Assembly (NCBI GenBank): GCA_051294375.1
Contig: CM119263.1
Location: 22,780,833-22,844,832 of the forward strand
Direction of reading: 5' to 3'
From: Paraspadella gotoi
Lineage: Eukaryota > Animalia > Chaetognatha
Length of the DNA: 64,000 bases
The notes beneath the pieces were generated by a model. The model was not told the DNA's origin and searched no databases. It saw only the letters and a program-made list of their open reading frames with translations. Shown here one piece after another: positions 23,401-35,896 of this stretch; the first letter of the stretch is position 1; each line of letters opens with the position of its first letter. Position numbers and translations under genes: made by a program.

Positions 23401-26390
23401 ATTAATATATTTTTTTTTAAATTGAATGTAGTAATAAATATTTTTATATATCGGTTCTACAAATTATATTACGTAATTAGTACATAATTAGTATCTGTTA
23501 GTTTTAAGCAATGCCAGTCAATTTATATTTTTAAGAAAACTAGCTACAATTTTGCTCCTTTTATGAAAATACTGCTTTTTTATTAAAACAAGTTCAATTC
23601 AGAATTATATCATGTCAGGGTTAGAGTCGTCAAACTTATTCTAAATACGAATGATAAAAGAAAAACCTATCTATTTTTTAAATTTAGTTATTTTTCAATA
23701 TTGAGTTACGGAAAGAAACTAACTTCTTATAATTATTAAAATTCATTAAAAATTAAGAAACTTATTAAAATATATTTTTAGCTACGTTATGGCTGTTAAT
23801 TCTATTTGTTTAGGTTTGAATCTTGATGCACGCTTTAAACTTAATGTTATTCAGAATCACGGCCAAAGCTTCCATTTTTTCCCTATAGTGTAGACAGTAG
23901 ATGTTAGTTTGCATGCTCCCAACGTATTTAACAAACAACCTCTTTAATCCTCGGGCACTTCATCCATGCTTTACTGTATGTCTAGACATAAATAACGTTC
24001 ATTTTTCACCCCCCGGCTTTGGTTCTGGGAATCCCCCTTATTTTCCTTCAGGAATCCAAAGTTCTCAAGCAGGAATATCCCCTTCACAATCTCAGCTTCC
24101 TTTTGGAATTTCTGCATATCCTGGACTCTCGGAAATCCCTCCTGCTCCTCCTCCGCCTACACAAGGAGGGATACGTGCTCTATCTCCGCCCGGCGTGATA
24201 CCTCCTGCTCCACCAGCACCACCTGGGGGGAAACCTCCTGCACCACCACCACCGCCACCACCACCACCGCCTATTCCATCTGGTGCAATTCCTCCTGCGC
24301 CTCCTCCTCCACCGCTTGGGGGAGTTCCGCGCGCACCTCCTCCACCTCCTGGGGGAGTTCCGCGCGCACCTCCTCCACCTCCTGGGGGAATTCCGCGCGC
24401 ACCTCCTCCACCTCCACCGCCTGGGGGAGTTCCTCGCGCACCTCCCCCGCCACCACCACCGGGAGGAATTCCTCGTGCGCCTCCTCCACCTCCGCCTCCC
24501 GGGGGAATCCCAGCCGCCCCTCCCACGCCCAGCGGAATACCTCCACCACCTCCTCCCCCTGGAGTTTTACACCCGCGACTGATTCGAGGGCCAGGAGCTC
24601 CGTTGACGGTTCCACGAAAGCCAGTAATTACCCCCGCGGTACCAATGAAGGGTTTACACTGGAACAAAATTCAGATTCCAGTGAGCGATCCATCAAAAAA
24701 CGTCTTGTGGACGACTATAGAAGAACCAGATCTCGAGGCTGAAGAGTTTGCCACTTTGTTTGGTCGCAGAGCCGCGGTTGCTATAAAGAAAAGAGAAGTC
24801 AAAGCCGAGGATAAGAAGGAAGCCTCACAGGCCAAGCAATTCAAAAAGATTCTGGATTCAAAACGATCTCAAGCAGTCGGTATTCTCATTCAAAGTCTTC
24901 GCATTACCGTGCCAATGGTGGAAGAGGCCGTTTTTCAACTTGATACTTCCATCCTCGACATCGAGGCTTTGCAGTCCCTTTTTGACATCAGAGCGACGAA
25001 GGAAGAGTTAGAAATGATTAGGCGACATCTCAATGAAAAAGACGCACAGGAACCTCTGGACAAGCCAGAACAGTTTGTGTGGGACTTGGCTCAAATTAAC
25101 CATTTTCAAGAGAGGGTTTCCTGTTTTGTTTTTCAATCCAGCTTCCCGGAAAAGATAAACGAGGTTTCGAAAAAGTTGGACAACCTCAAAATGACCATGG
25201 ACGCTTTGATGAAATCGGAAAATGTCAAAAAGATTTTGGGCATTATTTTAGCCTTAGGAAATTATATGAACGGTGGGAACGCACAAAAGGGTCAGGCAGA
25301 CGGGTTTAACTTGGACATTCTTCCGAAATTAAAGGACGTAAAAAGCTCTGACAATTCTTCCAATTTATTAAATTATGTTGTCGTACAATACTTACAAAAG
25401 TATGATAAAGAAAACATGGGTACTGAAAAAGCGATGTTACCATTTCCTGACCATTCCGATCTGAGGCAGGCTTCGCTTGTCAGCTTTGACGACTTAGGGA
25501 ATGAGATGCTTGGTATAGGTCGACAATTAAAGGATTGCAAAGACAAGATGGAGCGAGTTTTCGACGAGTCAACCGAGTCAAACCTTGAACCGTTCAAAGA
25601 ACTAATGGTAGCTTTCGTTTCTAAGGCCACTCAAGAGCTCAAAGAACAAACGGAAAATCTCACAGAAAGTCGAGAAAAGTTTCGCGAAATGGTGTCGGCT
25701 TTCTGTTTTTCCGTTGGGAAAGGAAAAACCGTTGAACCGAAGGATTTCTTCGACGTTTGGGTCCCGTTCGCTTCTGACTTTAAGGACTTGTGGAAACGGG
25801 AGCAACAAAAGGCAGTCAAGAGAATCCAAGCGGAAGCCAGGGCGAAGGTTAAAGAGAAGCGAGAGGAAAAGCGAACGAGCATAGTAACGTCCCAGAAACG
25901 AGCCGGCGGCCTCAAAGACCGCTTGCTCAAGAAGATGGATCGTCGTCTTAGCCTCCCCACGGATACGAAAGGAGGTCAAGATGAACTCGCTTCGGTTTTC
26001 GCTCGGAAGGCAGCGACACGAAAATTGTCGTTGGAGCCAGGATCGGACACGCCTACGTCTTCGACCGGAGGTCTGTCCCCGGCAGTATCCCCTGCTTCGT
26101 CGACACCATCGTCTCCTCGGGCGAAGACGTGGAATGCGGCGGAGCAACCCACCTCGAACGTTAATATCGCGAGCAAAGAGAATGACACGAATACGGTCAT
26201 GGAATCACCAATTGTCGAAACGTGCGAATTTGAGTCTTGCGAGTATGTTGATAGTTGTGAGTTTATCGAGAAGAAAGAGCAAGACGAGGAAGAAAAACAA
26301 TCTCAGGAGGAGGAAAGGGGATACAGCCTTGGATGGATCGCTCCCATTGGCGGGTCAAGAAAATTATTTGACGATGATGATTATTTTTAA
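20472..26390 (+). CDS. FMN: Formin, Cappuccino/FMN subfamily (DEP-like, FH1, FH2, FSI tail)
   Basis: Exons 20472-20564, 20814-21379, 21450-21571, 21644-22398, 22474-22635, 22714-23194 and 24052-26390 with consistent phases. MGN start as in FMN2. DEP-like segment FEGAMLVNW...QFCTHLMAAGVL. Poly-Pro FH1 at ~24140-24570. FH2 motifs MKGLHWNKI, KILDSKRSQAVGI, LALGNYMNGG..GQADGF, LPKLKDVKS. FSI-like GGLKDRL. The start may extend upstream (open frame from the acceptor at ~20172). Confidence 0.9.
20628..20792. mobile_element. MITE in formin intron
   Basis: Perfect 25-bp inverted repeat AATTTTACTTTCGCCGACCGGGGTT (20628-20652 / 20768-20792) around an AT-rich core with AACCCTAA words. Confidence 0.7.
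24300..24560 (+). repeat. Coding minisatellite of the formin FH1 (GG[V/I]PRAPPPPP units, 33-39 bp)
   Basis: Tandem units visible in DNA and protein. Confidence 0.85.
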
Positions 26391-27080
26391 TTGGAGATGA
26401 AAAGCTGTAGACATATATTTTACACTATAAGTGAAAGAAAATGGTACATACATTTTTACATCATATGTACTGCGTGTCCTAATTTTTTTTAAATTTTCAT
26501 TTTAGCTACATCAAAAGAGTATACAGATTATGATCTCTAAAAAAAGGGACCAATTAGAAAACTTAAAATAATTTAGTTGTTGGTGTCCAAAGGGTCAACC
26601 TTGGTTCTCCTCAATTTATTAGTAATGTTTTTATGTGGATTTGTGGTCATCCCTGCTGTTCATTAAATTTTTGAAGCAATAAATACAAGCATTGCATACT
26701 TTTTAGTCCATCTGCGCGCATGTGTTTAAAAGTCAGTAAAATAAGTTTTAAGGTTACTCAATACATGTATAGTTTCTGTCGTCCTCTGTTTGCTTTTCCC
26801 TTATTATTTTTTTTATTCCATATCCAAATTTGTAAGGGGGTGTAACGTTGCACTTGAAGCTTGCATTGCGCTCATAACCTTTGTAAATCATATCCCATCA
26901 ATTTGGACCACCGACACACCCTCTTACAAAAACGTTATGTTTGTATACCCTTTGTAACAGTTAAGCATTTATCCATTTTGTATGGGGTATGGTATTAACA
27001 TTGATGCGCACCCTTCCCCCCGCCGTTTCTTTTCGTCCCTCTTCCATTCTCTCTCTACTTTTCTTGTCTTAATTTAAAAG

Positions 27081-30000
27081 CTGCGCCGGAGCCTCCTCCG
27101 CCTACCGCGTTGAGCAATGGCCGATCTTCTTACGCCAAATCAAAGCACGGGTCTTCTTTCATTCCGGTTAAGGAACCGATCATCTTCCCTTCATTGGGAA
27201 ATTTTACCGGATCTCGCTCTGTCGATGCCGACGTTGCGCGTCCAGTCGAACCGACTCTACATACGGCAACCTCACACTTCAAGAATATAACCCAGCCAAA
27301 TAGTTTCGACTGCTGTACCTCCGTAGTTTTCTCGGAAGCAAGCTCTCGTCAGAAACCCTCACCGAGAATGAAGAGGGAACAGAGTTTGAGCTGTCAAGGA
27401 AACATCGCTATAGGAAAGTCTTTGAAAGTTCCGGGAAGGGAAAATACTCATGGGCGTTTAAACGGAGAAAACAAGGATGTGAAGGTAAAATAAGAGATGG
27501 AAAATTAAAATTCTTCATGTGGAAACATCCGCTGAAAAGTATAAATATAAATATAAATTGTTAGTGGCAAAATTTTATATTTTTCACTATGTATCTTTTT
27601 AGTCACTTTTATTTCGCTTCTTACGAGAAAAATTAAATTACTCGAAATAGAAAAAAGAAAGAAGAAACATTTTAAAAAAAACTACCCTTAACCCTAACTA
27701 CATCTAACCCTCACCGCCCTTAACAATAATCACTAGTGTAAAGCAAAAGTTTGGAATCAAAATTTAGTAATATCTTAACAACTATTTAATTCGTAAATAT
27801 TATTAAATTTTTATCGTTGCAATCGACGATGGTCCCCATAGATGGCGTAGTCATTGTCGTCGTTGTCGGTGTTCCAAATTATAGATCGCTTTTTAGTCGG
27901 ATCTGCTTAACAGCAGATTCCGACTCTGTTCTCGATTCTTGGTTCGTTCTTTAGTGCAGCTCTCGAACCACTGCCGTCAAAATCCGCGGTACTTCAGGAA
28001 CTGGAGTCCAGACAAAGCCAAAAGGAGCTATGGCTCAAAGGCCCGGGAGGCCACCCCTTATACCTTCTTACAAATCAATATCAGGTACGTGACCGACAAA
28101 CATGAACCGCCTTACTTAAGTGTCGGTTTCTCTCATGAATTAGATTAATTTTCAAATTGCGGAAATAATATTGACTTAATATTATTGAGCATACGAGAGA
28201 GACAATGGGGGAAATAATCTGAAGCTTATACACGAGTTAATTTTGTTAAGTTCTTTCTGACAGAACAAAAATAAAGAGTTGTATTTGTTGTAACTTTGAT
28301 AGAATTTTTATCTTAAAAATAAAAGGTTTTAAAAAGTTGGGTTTGGTTCTTCAGACTAAAGTAGGTGTCGGGCAAAGCCGAAGTCAAAGCCTTTGACAAA
28401 GGCGAAAAGGAGCCTCTGGAAGAGACAGTGATAATTGTTGTGTTAGTGACAGAACCGTTCAATATAAGCAGTCCCTGAGCTTCGGATCAGGCTGTAACAC
28501 CATGTTACAGGCGGGTTAAGCGCCCCGTCCCTCTTAACTGCCAGACGACCACCGGGCTAGAACCCCGGACCTTTGGGTTGGGAGGCGAATGACTTGCCTC
28601 CGGCACCAATGGCCGCTGATGAGCGGTTGGTGGATTTCAGTCCACCATACTCTGCTATTTTTTGCGACCCAAGTTGAGCTTTTGTTTATTTTCTATTTGA
28701 CCACTACTACTACTACTACTACTACTACGACCAGTACTAGTTCTATATGCACAACTGACAAAACTTCTTTAAAAATTCTAAAAGTTTTGTTTTTTATTTG
28801 TTTTTATTATATATTTTATATTATATATAAAAATTAATATTTAGTAATAAACTTATAAATTTAGCCAATTTTTTAAATTTTTATTATTTCCTTTTTTCCA
28901 TTTAATTTTTTTTTTTGTTCATACATATCGCATTTCTCAAATAGCTATGATTTTTTTTTCAAGATTTTTTAAAAAATACCTTGAGTTTTTTAAATTCCAT
29001 TACGGACTAAAAAAGTCAGCAAGTAGGCATAATTTGGGTTAATTTTACTTTCTATAAGGCAACAGAGGAACTAAGAGGGCCACCGAAAAGTTTCTAATCT
29101 TGTGCAAAGACAGGCCATGAGCTTACCCTCTAATGTATGTTCTTACAGAAAAAAGCGGTGCAATAAGTTNNNNNNNNNNTCTAGTTGTAAATTGATTACA
29201 ATAAATTACAATGACGATGGTATAAAATTTTGTCACCGTTTTAAGCTACTTTTAGCCTGATTTTTTACATATTTTGATTATCTGTGCGATCTTACTGATT
29301 AAAAACAGTCATGGTAAAAAAAGCCTATGTTCTTTCGAATATAAGGCATATGTTAGTAATCAGACAGAGTAAAAATTTTGGTCACAAGATAAAGAATTTT
29401 GCATGAGAAGAGCGTGAATAAAATTTTCCACGAGACTGTGCACCGCGACATAATTCATCTGCTATCATTTTTATGACTTCATGAGTAAATTACTTGTCAC
29501 GGGTTTTCTTTAATTAGGTTCCTCAGGAAACAAGCCAGTACCTTTGGCTCAGCATCACACATCCAACAATGATTGGACTGACGTTATGCTCGCTACTGCT
29601 GCCTCTGACTTTGCCGGAATTCCCCAAACTCAAGTCGATGATCATCAAAACTCGATCAACAGTTATTATTTTACAGATCAATCGCAACCTGTAAGTCAAC
29701 GCATGTCACTTCGAAAAAAAATGTTAGTTAGTAAAAACCAATATTAACATGAGGTCATGATGATCCAGGCTAAAAACAGTGCGGCGCCGTCTAACGGCCA
29801 TTTGGCTCAATTTACATCACCTTCACTTCATCAAAATCGCCTTAAACTAGCACCCGTTAATGATACACAACCTTCAAGCTCTAACAACAACAACAACAAC
29901 AGGGGTAGAGCCTCTTCTCGTCAAAGGTACTTGTTCTCCTAAGCTGCTCTTTCAGTTAAATGAAACGACTCATAAAAAAAATTTAGGCGAGCAAGCGGAA

Positions 30001-30744
30001 TGACATCTCGATGTTGCGAGCATCGCGATTGCGAGGAAAGGACCTGCCAGTCTCGTCAGGCAGTTTTGAAACATTCAAGAAGCGCATCGACTGACAGGTG
30101 GCGATTTGACATCATTTGTTCTGGCGGATTCTAGCATTTTCTATGCACCAACGTATAACTATGCGGGGAATCGTTCGTAATAATAATAATTATCGATTTT
30201 AGATCATTGCATCATCGTCAGCGATCGAAGAGTGGCTCCACGAGCGCGTCAACGCACAATCTTCACGTTCAGATCTCACTCAGCCATCAACTCGTGCCCC
30301 TCAAGCACGGAGACGACTACTCTAAGCCCAACAAACTGTCGCCTCTAAAAGTCGAGAATCGCGCCACGACTCCCATACGAGGTCGAAATCGTTGGGTCTA
30401 AAATTTGAATTCTTGGTTTAGTGAAGTGAAACGATGGACGTCTTTGATTTTCAGGTCTTACCAGTCTGGACGTCCTTCCTGCTCCCGATGTTCCTATTTC
30501 TCATACGCGAGGAATGAAGTTGGGAGCGCTACAACTAGCCTTGCCCCGTAGTTTCGAGTTAACGGCGCCATCTTACGGATTGGAGTCGGAAAGATCGAAA
30601 GCCGCTGTCACGAGGCGTCAAGGGTCGACGACGGTCGAAGCTGCGTCGAGGGACGATTGCGCTCCCGTAGCAGAAATGAAACCTAGGCCCAGAATATGTC
30701 GAACAAGAAGCACCACGTATTTGGAAACTATGTTTCCGTGCTGA
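27081..30744 (+). CDS. Spliced exon chain encoding a Ser/Pro/Arg-rich protein of unknown function (separate gene or alternative formin 3' end)
   Basis: Candidate exons 27081-27484, 27917-28084, 29518-29690, 29769-29926, 29987-30097, 30203-30381 and 30455-30744 (TGA). The last five have GT-AG borders with matching phases. The 28084-to-29518 junction is phase-incompatible, and an N gap lies at 29170. No recognisable domain. Confidence 0.6.
28419..28649 (-). mobile_element. Family B solo LTR, intact
   Basis: Reverse-complement match to 13285-13516. 5-bp TSD CTCTG (28414-28418 and 28650-28654). The terminal A of the LTR appears to be missing. Confidence 0.87.
28467..28542 (-). ncRNA. Twister ribozyme, type P5 (family B)
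   Basis: All helices and core nucleotides are intact. Predicted cut between 28518 and 28517. Confidence 0.88.
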
Positions 30745-31894
30745 TATATGTTTAAAATTAAGAAATAATTATTTAAATATAACCATTAGTAGCAGCTGTA
30801 GTTGCGCGTTGCATGATAATATTTTACCTTTAGAAATAATATTAAGCAAAGAGATTAATTAAGAATATTCAACCAACCAAAACACCCTATTTAATCTATA
30901 GTACGTTTCAAAAACATTCAACCAGGCAAAAATGTTAAAACTTTTCAAAGACTACAACATAAATGTTTACAAAAATATTAAAAAAGTTAGCTATTGATTT
31001 ATAAATAATTTTCTTCAGTTTCGAAAAAAATGATGTCACTGTTAAGTTTAGTTTTATGAATGAATTTATTAAATTAAATTATGAAATAAAGTTTATTAAT
31101 AATTAATAAACAGACAGAAATCTAACCTTGTGTTGTGGAGATGCGCCCTCTATTTCCCGAAGACAACACTAACGTCCCCATCCCAACAGATAAATAATAT
31201 TATATTTAAATATTTAACACAAAAAATATTTTAACAAATAAATAAAATTATAAATAATAATTATTTTTAAATCTAAAAAAATAAAGATAGTGAAACAAGT
31301 AATTTTGCAACAACCTTAGGGTGCAATAGTTAAGTGACCGAAAAAATATTATATTTGAAACCGTACAATCAAAATATTCGAGCGGAAATTATTTTCCGTT
31401 TATTTAAAGGTATTATTATCATGTTGCGTAGAAGAGAATAACATTTTGTTTTATTAAACTCATTTAACTTAATATTTAAATGAAAAAATCGGAATAATTG
31501 AATTCTGGGCATTAATAACTAATTAAGTAACTTCCATTAAAATAGCTGTTTCGTTCAGGCTTATTTATTTTGGCAGTTTTTACTCTGGTTTTTCGAGTTT
31601 TCTCAGTATATTGTTTTTATAAAATCTGTTATAGTCAATATTGCAGCCGGCTTCATTAACTTAGCGAAGGTGTTGATTCATTCTGATGTTTAAGTTAATA
31701 ATATTGATATTTTAAACCGAGTTACAACGTCACCAAAGAGTTAATTGAGTTGGTAAAAGATGTTCAACTGTAGTCTGTATGTATGTTTCTCAAAAAAAAT
31801 TTTGTTGGAGGAATTCTTGAATTCAGAAGTTGCGCCACTTTCGGTTAGAAACAAAATTTCAAACCAAGCTCTTAAAATATATGTAACTTGTTTA

Positions 31895-32544
31895 ATAGAG
31901 CGTTCAAAGATAACAAAATATAAGATATTAAATTCCATTCATAATTATTTTATTGCAATAAGGTCTGAAAAATTTGATGGTGATGATCATTTTTTTGTAT
32001 AATTTCATCTTTCTAGTCGGAAATGACGATTTTTAATATATATAAAATGCTAATAAAATAGCGCAAACATTATAAGTTATAATAATCATTATAATCATTC
32101 AAACTATTCCTTTAAGTAATGAAAAATAAAATTATTAAAATTTTAAACCAAAAATGGTAAAATTAAACAAAAATTAAACATTAAAAGAATTTATTAAAAT
32201 GGATTTTACTTTATCTCAACTTTTTGCAAGGAATTCAAATCTGGTTTTAAAATTTAAAATTTTTTTACTTTAGCTTATTTTTTACTAACACTAACAAGCT
32301 GTTAATTAAATATAAAATTTGTAAATAAAATTACCAAAATATTTTTATGGGTATTTATTTTCATATTATGTAAGCTACAACGTTTGCGCCATTTTAATAG
32401 CACCTTATATGCTTCAAAAATCGCCATTTCCGACAAAGAAGATGAAACTATACCATCATCATCGGATTCTTCAGACCATATTACATTAAAATAATAATTA
32501 ATGGAATTAAATATCTTATATTTTGTTATCTTTGAACGCTCTAT
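31895..32544. mobile_element. Non-autonomous DNA transposon with long (~180 bp) TIRs
   Basis: ATAGAGCGTTCAAAGATAACAAAATATAAGATAT... is inverted at 32544, with similarity extending to ~32070/32380. Flanked by a 6-bp direct repeat TGTTTA (31889-31894 and 32545-32550). Confidence 0.8.
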
Positions 32545-32894
32545 TGTTTAAGTATCATTTTCCCCTCTGTTTGGCAGAAGCTCTTTCCCCCTTTTGGATA
32601 AAAATGTTTTAGGTAGAAGCAAAGAAAATTGTTGTAAAACCTCTGTGATATGCTTTAATCCTGTGTATTTTATGTTCAATTTATTTATTACTAAATAGAA
32701 TCTAGATGAGCAAATTTCAGAATTTTAGTCACCCAATTTTTTTATTCTTATATTTTTGGTTGTTTTCCCTTGCCTTTGATATTTGTTATTTACCGATTAA
32801 AAATGAACCACTATGACTATGTTTACGAGCAGTAAATGTCCTGTTACGGGCAAGTTTTAGGTTGAATTTTCGGACAATGACTGAATGAGGAAAA

Positions 32895-33075
32895 TAAGAA
32901 AACCAGTGGCTTCGCCAATACATGTAAATCACTTCCAAGGGCTTAAACTGAACTGTTACTGCGATACTAATAATATTTTAATATTTGTAAAAATATTTCA
33001 TAAATTAAAACGATATTATTTTTGTTTTGATATATGATATGTGATTAAAATTCTTTGATCAAGACATAGAATAAA
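32895..33075 (+). repeat. Dispersed repeat
   Basis: Matches ~40113-40290. 33958-34075 matches ~40300-40375. Confidence 0.7.
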
Positions 33076-33318
33076 ATTTTTAAAAATATTAAAAAAAGAT
33101 TTAAGATAATAAAAATTTAAAAAAACAATTGCCATTTTGTTGTAAAGCAGGTGCAAATAAAGATCTAGTGGGTGCAGATAAAGTTTATTTTGAATGTTCC
33201 TTGATCTTACAAAAAACTTTTTTTAGAGCCCTTTAGTAAGATAGAGTGAATTATTATAATAATATTATAATGGGATTGTTTTTGTTTCCGAAAAAAAGAT
33301 TAAAACTTCCGGTGGATA

Positions 33319-33815
33319 TGTAGTCGGGCATAGCATAAATTCACCCCGCCTATAAGCATGATACCTTCAGTTTTGACCCGGTGGATCATTGAGTAAAGCC
33401 ATCAACTCATGACCATTAGGTACCGGGTTCAATCCCAACCCGGTAATTACCCTGCGGGAAGCGTGAGGATGGCTGTAAGCCGCCTTGGGGGCGTGGAAAA
33501 CCCTCAATCCTGGTTCCAAGCCCAGGACCCGTTCCATGGCTGCTAGAAGGGTTAAAAAAGTTGCGGATATTTATCTTCAGCCTACTTAGCACCTCATCCA
33601 CACTGGTGCGCCTATCCTATCCTGGAAGCAGTTCAGTCGTGACCCGGTGGCTCTTTGTGTAAAGCCATCAGCTCATTACCACTACGTACCGGGTTTAATC
33701 CAAACCCGGTACCACGGTGGAAAACCCTCAAGCCTGGTTCCAAGCCCAGGACCCGTTCCATGGGTTAAAGAAGTTGCGGATAGTCATCTTCAGCCCACTT
33801 AGCGCCTTATCCACA
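33319..33815 (+). mobile_element. Family A element, second independent insertion, internally deleted
   Basis: TGT...ACA ends with TSD GATA (33315-33318 and 33816-33819). 5' LTR 33319-33602, PBS-like TGGTGCGCCTA at 33604. Deletions remove most of the internal region and parts of the 3' LTR. The 5' twister at 33454-33532 has P5 GCGGG/CCCGU and a G>T change at 33508. Confidence 0.88.
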
Positions 33816-34575
33816 GATATACGTAAATTAAAATTGATTGCTATTTTGTTTTTCAAAATGTGGAGCCTTCTGGTTATTAAGATTAAAACATGCAAAATAG
33901 GTGCAAGTGAAGATCGAGTGAGTGCAGACAGAAGAAAATATTTCTATAGAGATTAAAGGAAAATGCTCATAGTAGAGAAAGTAAGAGACAAATCCTCCTA
34001 GTAGGAAGAAAAAAATTAAGAAAAAAAAATCGTACATTTTCAGGGGTTAAGGAAAGCACTAAAGTGATTTACAATAATTCTTTGCCCTTTAGCATAAATT
34101 ATGGATAATGCTAACCCGCAATAAAAAAACTATTTCAGCCTAGCAACTTGGCAACAGCAGATATACATATTACACATACTGCTGGTAAATTCCAATTTTT
34201 CGTCCCACTTACTGATTGATCTTTCCCGAGCAGAATTTTGAAGAAAACATCAGAAAACTTTTTTCCCTTTCAAAGATACAAAAATGCGACCGTCGCCTCC
34301 GGATAAAATTGTTCTTTTTCATAGCGGATTTAATCCAAAAAAAATTAAAAACTTACTCGTTGCTGAGAACTATGAAATAAAATACTCGTAAATCGTTTTG
34401 GTATTATTTTTTTTGAATATGTTTAGTATATTTAAATGTTAAATTTTAATAATTCAAATCTACTTTCTCAATTATTTAACGGAAACAATCCATGTTAGCT
34501 ACTAGTTAGATTAAAGTAAACCATCTAATAAATGGTACGTACATGTAACTCATGCCCATAATTTATGATGTAAAG

Positions 34576-34578
<3 letters not shown>

Positions 34579-34630
<52 letters not shown>
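34579..34630. repeat. (CT)n/(GA)n microsatellite
   Basis: Directly visible. Others at 40630-40720, 41577-41621, 56585-56630 and 63898-63935, plus (GAAA)n at ~40758-40798. Confidence 0.95.
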
Positions 34631-34632
<2 letters not shown>

Positions 34633-35896
34633 ACGACGAGAAACGTGAGAATTGAAGACGAGGAAAAGGACGACGACGTCGCGTTTGCGCCTCGGAGAAT
34701 CCACGACGTTGATGGTTGAGAACGCCGCTCAGACTTTTCGCGCAAGAAAACCCCGAAAAGATAACAATTGCGGATTATTTGTTTGGTGCTCAAAAAATGT
34801 TTTTCAATAAAAAGTTAACATGACGTATATCACGCGTCAGTTTTCGGAAATATTAAATAAGGTGAAAGGTCAGTAAAATAAATTATTATTATTAATATTA
34901 TTTTTTTTAGCAATCGAATGAATGATTTTTTAAAAAAATTTTGAAGCAATCGGAAGAATTTTTTTTCCTAGAAAAACTAGGTTTAATTAGTAAAATTGTA
35001 TTAACTTTTTTTAATGCTATGTCAGATTTTATTGATTCTTCCGTCCACTGAATATCCGCCATTGTTTAACAGTTTCTCAGAGACTATTATTAGCTATTAT
35101 TTATTTATTATTTACTAAATTTGTTTAGTTATCGCAGTGTTTATCTTTTAAGGCCAATAATTGTACAAAGTTCATGCGAACAGTAACTGTTTCCTATAGA
35201 AGCGTGTGGAGAACAACAGTCTGGCCCCAGCAAGAATTTAACTTAACAACACGTTTAACAATTAATTTATTAATTATGCAATAATAACCCTTCATTGTTG
35301 GATGATTGTCATTGATGCGATGATAGTAATTGATACAATGATAGTCATTTATTGATGATAATCATTTATTGGTGCGACGATCATCATTCATTAATGCAAT
35401 TATAAGGATTTATTGATGCGATAATAGTGAAATGCAATGATAATCGCTCAATGATGCGAGAGAGAGAGAGAGACGTAACAAATCAACAGAAACCTTAATA
35501 AATCAATTAAAGAATCTGTCAATCAAGAGAGAGAGAGAAAGAAACTTTAAAATTGAAAAAGAATTAAAATAAATGTGACCAGAGTGACTCTATTCCACTT
35601 GGACGATTCCATTGAAACTTTAAATCTTGCTCAATCACCCCATCCACTCACGAGTAATTGGCGTTCAAAGCTGAGAGACAGACAGACGGACGGACATCGA
35701 TTTTTTTGCATAATTTATCATAATTCGATGTACTGACATGATTTAAGTGACTTACCGACAAGATTTTGGGAACGGACCGACAAAGTGAATTATAGAGCCG
35801 CAATCTGCTGTAAGCTAAAAATTATTTAGGTGTCAGGGGTATATTGGTTTATTTGAATTTTATTCACTTTTAAAGGGGAGAAAAAATGCTATATTA

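Noticed and set aside
24092-24667. Gly-rich 191-aa antisense ORF and other overlapping ORFs in formin and myosin exons
   Set aside because: Shadow frames of the poly-Pro repeat and of GC-biased coding sequence.
28616-28650. CUGAUGA on the antisense strand of family B
   Set aside because: Followed by a hairpin but no GAAA or stem III, so not a hammerhead.
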